From positions 29,574,001 to 29,638,000 of the forward strand of contig OZ024744.1 of the NCBI GenBank assembly GCA_964016885.1: 64,000 nucleotides of DNA, read 5' to 3'. Positions 15,001 through 28,100 of this stretch are shown here, one piece after another (the first letter of the stretch is position 1; every line of letters begins with the position of its first letter). Position numbers and translations under genes: made by a program. The notes under the pieces were generated by a model that saw nothing but the letters and a program-made list of their open reading frames with translations, was not told where the DNA came from and did not search any database. Source of the DNA: Eledone cirrhosa (lineage: Eukaryota).

Positions 15001-17725
15001 GGAGTGTCTTATTTAGATGGTATCACTGGTGGAGGACCATGACATGTCTTATATAGATGGTGTCACTGGTGGAGGACATGACGTGGAGTGTCTTATACAG
15101 ATGGTGTCACTGGTAGAGGACCATGACGTGGAGTGTCTCATATAGATGGTGTCACTGGTGGAGGACCATGTCGTGAAGTGTCTTATATAAATGGTGTCAT
15201 TGGTGGAGGACCATGACGTGGAGTGTCTTATATAGATGGTGTCATTGGTGGAGGACCATGACGTGGAGTGTCTTATACAGATGGTGTCACTGGTGGAGGA
15301 CCATGACGTGGAGTGTCTTATACAGATGGTGTCACTGGTGGAGGACCATGACGTGGACTGTCTTTTATAGATGATGTCACTGGTGGAGGACCATGACCTG
15401 GAGTGTCTAATACAGATGGTGTCATTGGTGGAGGACCATGACGTGTAGTGTCTTATATATATGGTGTCACTGGTGGAGGATCACGACGTGGAGTGCCTTA
15501 TATAGATGGTGTCACTGGTGTAGGACCATGACGTGGAGTTTCTTATATAGATGGTGTCACTGGTGGAGGACCATGACGTGTACTGTCTTATATATATCGT
15601 GTCACTGGTGGAGGATCACGACGTGGAGTGCCTTATATAGATGGTGTCACTGGTGGAGGACTATGACGTGGAGTGTCTTATACAGATGGTGTCACTGGTG
15701 GAGGACCATGACGTGGAGTGTCTTATACAGATGGTGTCATTGGTGGAGGATCATGACGTGGAGTGTCTTATATAGATGGTGTCACTGGTGGAGGATCATG
15801 ACGTGGTGTGTCTTATATAGATGGTGTCACTGGTGGAGGACCATGACGTGGAGTGTCTTATATAGATGGTGTCACTGGTGGAGGACCATGACGTGTACTG
15901 TCTTATATATATCGTGTCACTGGTGGAGGATCACGACGTGAAGTGCCTTATATAGATGGTGTCACTGGTGGAGGACTATGACGTGGAGTGTCTTATACAG
16001 ATGGTGTCACTGCTGGAGGACCATGACGTGGAATGTCTTATACAGATAGTGGCATTGGTGGAGGACCATGACGTGGAGTGTCTTATATAGATGGTGTCAC
16101 TGGTGGAGGACCATGACGTGGAGAGGCTTATACAGATGGTGTCACTGGTGGAGGACCATGACTTGTTAATATAGATGGTGTCACTGGTGGATGACCATGA
16201 CGTGGAGTGTCTCATATAGATGGTGTGATTGGTGGAGGACCATGACATGTCTTATACAGTTTGTGTCACTGGTGGAGGACCATGACGTGGAGTGTCTTAT
16301 ATAGAATGTGTCACTGGTGGAGGTCCATGACGTGGTGTGTCTTATACAGATGGTGTCATTGGCGGAGGACCATGACATGTCTTATATAGTTGGTGTAACT
16401 GGTGGAGGACCATGGCGTGGAGTGTCTTATACAGATGGTGTCACTGGTGGAGGACCATGACGTGGAGTGTCTTTTATAGAATGGTGTCACTGGTGGAGGA
16501 CAATTACATGTCTTATATAGATGGTGTCACTGGTGGAGGACCATGTCGTGGAGTGTCTTATATAGATGGTGTCATTGGTGGAGGACCATGACGTAGAGTG
16601 TCTTATATAGATGGTGTCATTGGTGGCGGACCATGACGTGGAGTGTCTTATATATATGGTGTCACTGGTGGAGGATCACGACGTGGAGTGCCTTATATAG
16701 ATGGTGTCACTGGTGGAGGGCCATGACGTGAAATGTCTTATACAGATGGTGTCACTGGTGGAGGACCATGACGTGGAGTGTCTTATATAGATGGTGTCAC
16801 TGGTGGAGGATCATGACGTGGTGTGTCTTATATAGATGGTGTCACTGGTGGAGCACCATGACGTGGAGTGTCTTATACAGATGATGTCACTGCTGGAGGT
16901 CCATGACATGTCTTATATAGACGGTGTCACTGGTGGAGGAACATGACGTGGAGTGTCTTATATAGATGGTGTCACTGGTGGAGGACCATGACGTGGAGTG
17001 GCTTATACAGATGGTGTCACTGGTGGAGGACCATGACTTGTTTATATAGATGGTGTCACAGGTGGAGGACAATGACGTGGTGTGTCTTATATAGATGGTG
17101 TCACTGGTGGAGGACCCTGACGTGGAGTGTCTCATATAGATGGTGTGATTGGTGGAGGACCATGACATGTCTTATACAGATGGTGTCACTGGTGGAGGAC
17201 CATGGCGTGGAGTGTCTTATATAGATTGTGTCACTGGTGGAGGTCCATGACGTGGTGTGTCTTATACAGATTGTGTCACTGGTGGCGGACCATAACGTGT
17301 AGTGTCTTATATAGATGGTGTCACTGGTGGCGGACCATGATGTGTCTTATATATATGGTGTCACTGGTGGAGGACCATGACGTAGAGTGTCTTATATAGA
17401 TGGTGTCACTGGTGGAGGACCATGACGTGGAGTGGCTTATACAGATGGTGTCACTGGTGGAGGACCATGACGTGGAGTGGCTTATACAGATGGTGTTACT
17501 GGTGGAGGACCCTGACGTGGAGTGTCTTATACAGATGGTGTCACTGCTGGAGGTCCGTGACATGTCTTATATAGACGGTGTCACTGGTGGAGAACCATGA
17601 CGTGGAGTGTCTTATATAGATGGTGTCACTGGTGGAGCACCATGACGTGGAGTGGCCTATACAGATGGTGTCACTGGTGGAGGACATGACGCGGTGTGTC
17701 TTATATAGCTGGTGTCACTGGTGGA

Positions 17726-18250
17726 GGACCCTGACGTGGAGTGTCTCATATAGATGGTGTGATTGGTGGAGGACCATGACATGTCTTATACAGATTGTGT
17801 CACTGGTGGAGGACCATTACGTGGAGTCTCTTATATAGATTGTGTCACTGGTGGAGGTCCATGACGTGGTGTGTCTTATACAGATGGTGTCACTGGTGGA
17901 GGACCCTGACGTGGAGTGTCTCATATAGATGGTGTGATTGGTGGAGGACCATGACATGTCTTATACAGATTGTGTCACTGGTGGAGGACCATTACGTGGA
18001 GTCTCTTATATAGATTGTGTCACAGGTGGAGGACCATGACGTGGTGTGTCTTATACAGATGGTGTCACTGGTGGAGGACCCTGACGTGGAGTGTCTCATA
18101 TAGATGGTGTGATTGGTGGAGGACCATGACATGTCTTATACAGATTGTGTCACTGGTGGAGGACCATTACGTGGAGTCTCTTATATAGATTGTGTCACTG
18201 GTGGAGGTCCATGACGTGGTGTGTCTTATACAGATGGTGTCATTGGTGGA
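17726..18250. repeat. Three tandem copies of a 175-bp higher-order unit (3x45 + 1x40)
   Basis: Variant GGACCCTGACGTGGAGTGTCTCATATAGATGGTGTGATTGG starts at 17726, 17901 and 18076. The ORF track shows matching peptides at 17620/17795/17970 (175-bp spacing). Confidence 0.9.
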
Positions 18251-21200
18251 GGACCATGACATGTCTTATATAGATGGTGTCACTGGTGGAGGCCCATGAC
18301 GTGGAGTGTCTTATAAAGATGGTATCACTGGTGGAGGTCCACGACCTGGTGTGTCTTATACAGATGGTGTCATTGGTGGAGGACCATGACATGTCTTATA
18401 TAGACGGTGTAACTGGTGGAGGACCATGACGTGGAGTGTCTTATACAGATGGTGTCACTGGTGGAGAACCATGACATGGAGTGTCTTATAGAGATGGTAT
18501 CACTGGTGGAGGACGATGACATGTCTTATATAGATGGTGTCACTGGTGGCGGACCATGACATGGAGTGTCTTATACAGATGGTATCACTGGTGGAGGACC
18601 ATGACATGTCTTATATAGACGGTGTCACTGGTGGAGGACCATGACGTGGTGTGTCTTATACAGATGGTGTCACTGGTGGAGGACCCTGACGTGGAGTGTC
18701 TCATATAGATGGTGTGATTGGTGGAGGACCATGACATGTCTTATACAGATTGTGTCACTGGTGGAGGACCATGACGTGGAGTGTCTTATATAGATGGTGA
18801 CACTGGTGGAGGACCACGACGTGGAGTGTCTTATATAGATTGTGTCACTGGTGGAGGTCCATGACGTGGTGTGTCTTATACAGATTGTGTCACTGGTGGC
18901 GGACCATAACGTGTAGTGTCTTATATAGATGGTGTCACTGGTGGAGGACCATGACGTGTAGTGTCATATATAGATGGTGTCAATGGTGGCGGACCATGAT
19001 GTGTCTTATATATATGGTGTCACTGGTGGAGGACCATGACGTGGAGTGTCTTATAAAGATGGTATCATTGGTGGAGGACCATGACGTTGAGTATCTTATA
19101 AAGATGGTATCATTGTTGGAGGACCATGACGTGGAGTGTCTTATTTAGATGGTATCACTGGTGGAGGACCATGACATGTCTTATATAGATGGTGTCACTG
19201 GTGGAGGACATGACGTGGAGTGTCTTATACAGATGGTGTCACTGGTAGAGGACCATGACGTGGAGTGTCTCATATAGAATGGTGTCACTGGTGGAGGATC
19301 ACGACGTGGAGTGCCTTATATAGATGGTGTCACTGGTGGAGGACCATGACGTGTAGTGTCTTATATATATCGTGTCACTGGTGGAGGATCACGACGTGGA
19401 GTGCCTTATATAGATGGTGTCACTGGTGGAGAACCATGACGTGGAGTGTCTTATACAGATGGTGTCACTGGTGGAGGACCATGACGTGGAGTGTCTTATA
19501 CAGATGGTGTCATTGGTGGAGGATCATGACGTGGAGTGTCTTATATAGATGGTGTCACTGGTGGAGGATCATGACGTGGTGTGTCTTATATAGATGGTGT
19601 CACTGGTGGAGGACCATGACGTGAAGTGTCTTATACAGATGGTGGCATTGGTGGAGGACCATGACGTGGAGTGTCTTATATAGATGGTGTCACTGGTGGA
19701 GGACTATGACGTGGAGAGACTTATACAGATGGTATCACTGGTGGAGGACCATGACTTGTTAATATAGATGGTGTCACTGGTGTAAGACCATGACGTGGAG
19801 TGTCTCATATAGATGGTGTGATTGGTGGAGGACCATGACATGTCTTATACAGTTTGTGTCACTGGTTGAGGACCATGACCTGGAGTGTCTTATATAGAAT
19901 GTGTCCCTGGTAGAGGTCCATGACGTGGTGTGTCTTATACAGATGGTGTCATTGGTGGAGGACCATGACATCTCTTATATAGTTGGTGTCACTGGTGGAG
20001 GACAATGACGTGGAGTGTCTTATAAAGATGGTATCACTGGTGGAGGTCCATGACATGGTGTGTCTTATATAGATGGTGTCATTGGTAGAGGACCATGACA
20101 TGTCTTATATAGTTGGTGTAACTGGTGGAGGACCATGGCGTGGAGTGTCTTATACAGATGGTGTCACTGGTGGAGGACCATGACGTGGAGTGTCTTATAT
20201 AGAATGGTGTCACTGGTGGAGGACAATTACATGTCTTATATAGATGGTGTCATTGGTGGAGGACCATGACGTGGTGTGTCTTATATAGATGGTGTCATTG
20301 GTGGAGGACCATGACGTGGAGTGTCTTATACAGATGGTGTCACTGCTGGAGGACCATGACGTGGAGTGTCTTATACAGATTGTGTCACTGGTGGAGGACC
20401 ATGACGTGGACTGTCTTATATAGATGATGTCACTGGTGGAGGACCATGACCTGGAGTGTCTTATACAGATGGTGTCATTGGTGGCGGACCATGACGTGGA
20501 GTGTCTTATATATATGGTGTCACTGGTGGAGGATCACGACGTGGAGTGCCTTATATAGATGGTGTCACTGGTGGAGGACCATGACGTGGAGTGTCTTATA
20601 TAGATGGTGTCACTGGTGGAGGACCATGACGTGGAGTGCCTTATTCAGATGGTGTCACTGGTGGAGGACCATGACGTGTAGTGTCTTATATATATGGTGT
20701 CACTGGTGGAGGATCACGACGTGGAGTGCCTTATATAGATGGTGTCACTGGTGGAGGGCCATGACGTGGAGTGTCTTATACAGATGGTGTCACTGGTGGA
20801 GGACCATGACGTGGAGTGTCTTATACAGATGGTGTCATTGGTGGAGGATCATGACGTGGTGTGTCTTATATAGATGGTGTCACTGGTGGAGGATCATGAC
20901 GTGGTGTGTCTCATATAGATGGTGTCACTGGTGGAGCACCATGACGTGGAGTGTCTTATACAGATGGTGTCACTGCTGGAGGTCCATGACATGTCTTATA
21001 TAGACGGTGTCACTGGTGGAGGAACATGACGTGGAGTGTCTTATATAGATGGTGTCACTGGTGGAGGACCATGACCTGGAGTGGCTTATACAGATGGTGT
21101 CACTGGTGGAGGACCATGACATGTTTATATAGATGGTGTCACAGGTGGAGGACCATGACGTGGTGTGTCTTATACAGATGGTGTCACTGGTGGAGGACCC

Positions 21201-22604
21201 TGACGTGGAGTGTCTCATATAGATGGTGTGATTGGTGGAGGACCATGACATGTCTTATACAGATTGTGTCACTGGTGGAAGACCATGACATGGAGTGTCT
21301 TATATAGATGGTGTCACTGGTGGAGGACCATGACGTGGAGTGTCTTATATAGATGGTGTCACTGGTGGAGAACCATGACGTGGAGTGTCTTATATAGATG
21401 GTGTCACTGGTGAAGGACCATGACGTGGAGTGTCTCATACAGATGCTGTCACTGGTGGAGGACCATGACGTGGAGTGTCTTGTATAGATGGTGTCACTGG
21501 TGGAGGACCATGACGTGGTGTGTCTTATATAGCTGGTGTCACTGTTGGAGGTCCATGGCGTGATGTGTCTTATATAGATGGTGTCACTGGTGGAGGACCA
21601 TGACGTGGAGTGTCTTATACAGATGGTGTAACTGGTGGAGGACCATGACGTGGAGTGTCTTATTTAGATGATGTCACTGGAGGAGGACCATGACGTGGAG
21701 TGTCTTATACAGATGGTGTCACTGGTGGAGGACCATGACGTGTCTTATATAGACGGTGTCACTGGTGGAGGGCCATGACGTGGAGTATCTTATATAGATG
21801 GTGTCACTGGTGGAGGACCATGACGTGGAGTGTCTTATATAGATTGTGTCACTGGTGGAGGTCCATGACGTGGTGTGTCTTATACAGATTGTGTCACTGG
21901 TGGCGGACCATAACGTGTAGTGTCTTATATAGATGGTGTCACTGGTGGCGGACTATGATGTGTCTTATATATATGGTGTCACTGGTGGAGGACCATGACG
22001 TAGAGTGTCTTATATAGATGGTGTCACTGGTGGAGGACCATGACGTGGAGTGGCTTATACAGATGGTGTCACTGGTGGAGGACCATGACGTGGAGTGGCT
22101 TATACAGATGGTGTTATTGGTGGAGGACCCTGACGTGGAGTGTCTTATACAGATGGTGTCACTGCTGGAGGTCCATGACATGTCTTATATAGACGGTGTC
22201 ACTGGTGGAGAACCATGACGTGGAGTGTCTTATATAGATGGTGTCATTGGTGGAGGACCATGACGTGGAGTGGCCTATACAGATGGTGTCACTGGTGGAG
22301 GACCATGACTTGTTTATATAGATGGTGTCACTGGTGGAGGACCATGACGTGGAGTGTCTTATACAGATGGTGTCACTGGTGGAGTACCCTTACGTGGAGT
22401 GTCTCATATAGATGGTGTGATTGGTGGAGGACCATGACATGTCTTATACAGATTGTGTCACTGGTGGAGGACCATTACGTGGAGTGTCTTATATAGATTG
22501 TGTCACTGGTGGAGGTCCATGACGTGGTGTGTCTTATACAGATGGTGTCATTGGTGGAGGACCATGACATGTCTTATATAGACGGTGTAACTGGTGGAGG
22601 ACCA

Positions 22605-25155
22605 TGACGTGGAGTGTCTTATACAGATGGTGTCACTGGTGGAGAACCATGACATGGAGTGTCTTATACAGATGGTATCACTGGTGGAGGACGATGACAT
22701 GTCTTATATAGATGGTGTCACTGGTGGCGGACCATGACATGGAGTGTCTTATACAGATGGTATCACTGGTGGAGGACCATGACATGTCTTATATAGACGG
22801 TGTCACTGGTGGAGGACCATGACGTGGTGTGTCTTATACAGATGGTATCACTGGTGGAGGACCCTGACGTAGAGTGTCTCATATAGATGGTGTGATTGGT
22901 GGAGGACCATGACATGTCTTATACAGATTGTGTCACTGGTGGAGGACCATGACGTGGAGTGTCTTATATAGATGGTGTCACTGGTGGAGGACCATGACGT
23001 GGAGTGTCTTATATAGATTGTGTCACTGGTGGAGGTCCATGACGTGGTGTGTCTTATACAGATTGTGTCACTGGTGGCGGACCATAACGTGTAGTGTCTT
23101 ATATAGATGGTGTCACTGGTGGAGGACCATGACGTGTAGTGTCATATATAGATGGTGTCACTGGTGGCAGACCATGATGTGTCTTATATATATGGTGTCA
23201 CTGGTGGAGGACCATGACGTGGAGTGTCTTATAAAGATGGTATCATTGGTGGAGGACCATGACGTTGAGTATCTTATAAAGATGGTATCATTGTTGGAGG
23301 ACCATGACGTGGAGTGTCTTATATAGATGGTGTCACTGGTGGAGGACCATGACGTGGAGTCTCTTATATAGATTGTGTCACTGGTGGAGGGCCAGGACGT
23401 GGAGTGTCTTATATAGATTGTGTCACTGGTGGAGGATCATGACGTGGAGTCTCTTATATAGGTTGTGTCACTGGTGGAGGACCATGACGTGGAGTGTCTT
23501 ATATAGGTTGTGTCACTGGTGGAGGACCATGACGTGGAGTGTCTTATATAGATGGTGTCACTGGTGGCGGACCATAACGTGTAGTGCCTTATATAGATGG
23601 TGTCACTGGTGGCGGACTATGATGTGTCTTATATATATGGTGTCACTGGTGGAGGACCATGACGTAGAGTGTCTTATATAGATGGTGTCACTGGTGGAGG
23701 ACCATGACGTGGAGTGGCTTATACAGATGGTGTCACTGGTGGAGGACCATGACGTGGAGTGGCTTATACAGATGGTGTTACTGGTGGAGGACCCTGACGT
23801 GGAGTGTCTTATACAGATGGTGTCACTGCTAGAGGTCCATGACATGTCTTATATAGACGGTGTCACTGGTGGAGAACCATGACGTGGAGTGTCTTATACA
23901 GATGGTGTCACTGGTGGAGAACCATGACATGGAGTGTCTTATACAGATGGTATCACTGGTGGAGGACGATGACATGTCTTATATAGATGGTGTCACTGGT
24001 GGCGGACCATGACATGGAGTGTCTTATACAGATGGTATCACTGGTGGAGGACCATGACATGTCTTATATAGACGGTGTCACTGGTGGAGGACCATGACGT
24101 GGTGTGTCTTATACAGATGGTATCACTGGTGGAGGACCCTGACGTAGAGTGTCTCATATAGATGGTGTGATTGGTGGAGGACCATGACATGTCTTATACA
24201 GATTGTGTCACTGGTGGAGGACCATGACGTGGAGTGTCTTATATAGATGGTGTCACTGGTGGAGGACCATGACGTGGAGTGTCTTATATAGATTGTGTCA
24301 CTGGTGGAGGTCCATGACGTGGTGTGTCTTATACAGATTGTGTCACTGGTGGCGGACCATAACGTGTAGTGTCTTATATAGATGGTGTCACTGGTGGAGG
24401 ACCATGACGTGTAGTGTCATATATAGATGGTGTCACTGGTGGCAGACCATGATGTGTCTTATATATATGGTGTCACTGGTGGAGGACCATGACGTGGAGT
24501 GTCTTATAAAGATGGTATCATTGGTGGAGGACCATGACGTTGAGTATCTTATAAAGATGGTATCATTGTTGGAGGACCATGACGTGGAGTGTCTTATATA
24601 GATGGTGTCACTGGTGGAGGACCATGACGTGGAGTCTCTTATATAGATTGTGTCACTGGTGGAGGGCCAGGACGTGGAGTGTCTTATATAGATTGTGTCA
24701 CTGGTGGAGGACCATGACGTGGAGTGTCTTATATAGGTTGTGTCACTGGTGGAGGACCATGACGTGGAGTGTCTTATATAGGTTGTGTCACTGGTGGAGG
24801 ACCATGACGTGGAGTGTCTTATATAGATTGTGTCACTGGTGGCGGACCATAACGTGTAGTGTCTTATATAGATGGTGTCACTGGTGGCGGACTATGATGT
24901 GTCTTATATATATGGTGTCACTGGTGGAGGACCATGACGTAGAGTGTCTTATATAGATGGTGTCACTGGTGGAGGACCATGACGTGGAGTGGCTTATACA
25001 GATGGTGTCACTGGTGGAGGACCATGACGTGGAGTGGCTTATACAGATGGTGTTACTGGTGGAGGACCCTGACGTGGAGTGTCTTATACAGATGGTGTCA
25101 CTGCTAGAGGTCCATGACATGTCTTATATAGACGGTGTCACTGGTGGAGAACCAT
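22605..25155. repeat. Near-identical 1275-bp tandem segmental duplication inside the satellite
   Basis: GGAGAACCATGACATGG at 22641 and 23916. Identical or near-identical ORF-track peptides at 22928/24203, 23304/24579, 23603/24878 and 23682/24957, all offset by 1275. Boundaries approximate. Confidence 0.9.
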
Positions 25156-28100
25156 GAGGTGGAGTGTCTTATATAGATGGTGTCACTGGTGGAGGACCAT
25201 GACGTGGAGTGGCCTATATAGATGGTGTCACTGGTGGAGGACCATGACTTGTTTATATAGATGGTGTCACTGGTGGAGGACCATGACGTGGTGTGTCTTA
25301 TACAGATGGTGTCACTGGTGGAGTACCCTGACGTGGAGTGTCTCATATAGATGGTGTGATTGGTGGAGGACCATGACATGTCTTATACAGATTGTGTCAC
25401 TGGTGGAGGACCATTACGTGGTGTGTCTTATATAGATTGTGTCACTGGTGGAGGTCCATGACGTGGTGTGTCTTATACAGATGGTGTCATTGGTGGAGGA
25501 CCATGACATGTCTTATATAGACGGTGTAACTGGTGGAGGACCATGACGTGGAGTGTCTTATACAGATGGTGTCACTGGTGGAGAACCATGACATGGAGTG
25601 TCTTATACAGATGGTATCACTGGTGGAGGACGATGACATGTCTTATATAGATGGTGTCACTGGTGGCGGACCATGACATGGAGTGTCTTATACAGATGGA
25701 ATCACTGGTGGAGGACCATGACATGTCTTATATAGACGGTGTCACTGGTGGAGGACCATGACGTGGTGTGTCTTATACAGATGGTGTCACTGGTGGAGGA
25801 CCCTGACGTAGAGTGTCTCATATAGATGGTGTGATTGGTGGAGGACCATGACATGTCTTATACAGATTGTGTCACTGGTGGAGGACCATGACGTGGAGTG
25901 TCTTATATAGATTGTGTCACTGGTGGAGGTCCATGACGTGGTGTGTCTTATACAGATTGTGTCACTGGTGGCGGACCATAACGTGTAGTGTCTTACATAG
26001 ATGGTGTCACTAGTGGAGGACCATGACGTGTAGTGTCATATATAGATGGTGTCACTGGTGGCAGACCATGATGTGTCTTATATATATGGTGTCACTGGTG
26101 GAGGACCATGACGTGGAGTGTCTTATAAAGATGGTATCATTGGTGGAGGACCATGACGTTGAGTATCTTATAAAGATGGTATCATTGTTGGAGGACCATG
26201 ACGTGGAGTATCTTATATAGATGGTGTCACTGGTGGAGGACCATGACGTGGAGTCTCTTATATAGATTGTGTCACTGGTGGAGGGCCAGGACGTGGAGTG
26301 TCTTATATAGATTGTGTCACTGGTGGACGACCATGACGTGGAGTGTCTTATATAGGTTGTGTCACTGGTGGAGGACCATGACGTGGAGTGTCTTATATAG
26401 GTTGTGTCACTGGTGGAGGACCATGACGTGGAGTGTCTTATATAGATGGTGTTACTGGTGGAGGACCATGACGTGGAGTGGCTTATACAGATGGTGTCAC
26501 TGGTGGAGGACCATGACGTGGAGGGGCTTATACAGATTGTGTCACTGGTGGAGGACCCTGACGTGGAGTGTCTTATACAGATGGTGTCACTGCTGGAGGT
26601 CCTTGACATGTCTTATATAGACGGTGTCACTGGTGGGGAACCATGACGTGGAGTGTCTTATATAGATGGTGTCACTGGTGGAGGACCATGACGTGGAGTG
26701 GCCTATACAGATGGTGTCACTGGTGGAGGACGTGACGTGGTGTGTCTTATACAGATGGTGTCACTGGTGGAGGACCCTGAAGTGGAGTGTCTCATATAGA
26801 TGGTGTGATTGGTGGAGGACCATGACATGTCTTATACAGATTGTGTCACTGGTGGAGGACCATGACGTGGACTGCCTTATATAGATTGTGTCACTGGTGG
26901 AGGTCCATGACGTGGTGTGTCTTATACAGATGGTGTCATTGGTGGAGGACCATGACATGTCTTATATAGATAGTGTCACTGGTGGAGGACCATGACGTGG
27001 AGTGTCTTATAAAGATGGTATCACTGGTGGAGGTCCACGACCTGGTGTGTCTTATACAGATGGTGTCATTGGTGGAGGACCATGACATGTCTTATATAGA
27101 CGGTGTAACTGGTGGAGGACCATGACATGGAGTGTCTTATACAGATGGTGTCACTGGTGGAGAAACATGACATGGAGTGTCTTATACAGATGGTATCACT
27201 GGTGGAGGACGATGACATGTCTTATATAGATGGTGTCACTGGTGGCGGACCATGACATGGAGTGTCTTATACAGATGGTATCACTGGTGGAGGACCATGA
27301 CATGTCTTATATAGACGGTGTCACTGGTGGAGGACCATGACGTGGAGTGTCTTATACAGATGGTGTCACTGGTGGAGGACCATGACGTGGAGTGTTTCAT
27401 ATAGATGGTGTGATTGGTGGAGGACCATGACATGTCTTATACAGATTGTGTCACTGGTGGAGGACCATGACGTGGACTGCCTTATATAGATGGTGTCATT
27501 GGTGGAGGACTATGACGTGGAGTGTCTTATATAGATGGTGTCACTGGTGGAGGACCATGACCTGGAGTGTCTTATACAGATGGTGTCACTGGTGGAGGAC
27601 CATGACGTGTAGTGTCTTATATAGATGGTGTCACTGGTGGAGGACCATGACCTGGAGTGTCTTATACAGATGGTGTCATTGGTGGAGGACCATGACGTGG
27701 AGTGTCTTATATAGATTGTGTCACAGGTGGAGGTCCATGACGTGGTGTGTCTTATACAGATTGTGTCACTGGTGGCGGACAATGACGTGTAGTGTCTTAT
27801 ATAGATGGTGTCACTGGTGGAGGACCATGACGTGTAGTGTCTTATATAGATGGTGTCACCTGTGGAGGGCCATGACGTTGAGTATCTTATAAAGATGGTA
27901 TCATTGGTAGAGGTCCATGACGTGGTGTGTCTTATACAGATTGTGTCACTGGTGGCCGACCATGACGTATCTTATATATATGGTGTCACTGGTGGAGGAC
28001 CATGACGTTGAGTATCTTATAAAGATGGTATCATTGTTGGAGGACCATGACGTGGAGTGTCATATATAGATGGTGTCACTGGTGGAGGACCAAGACGTGG

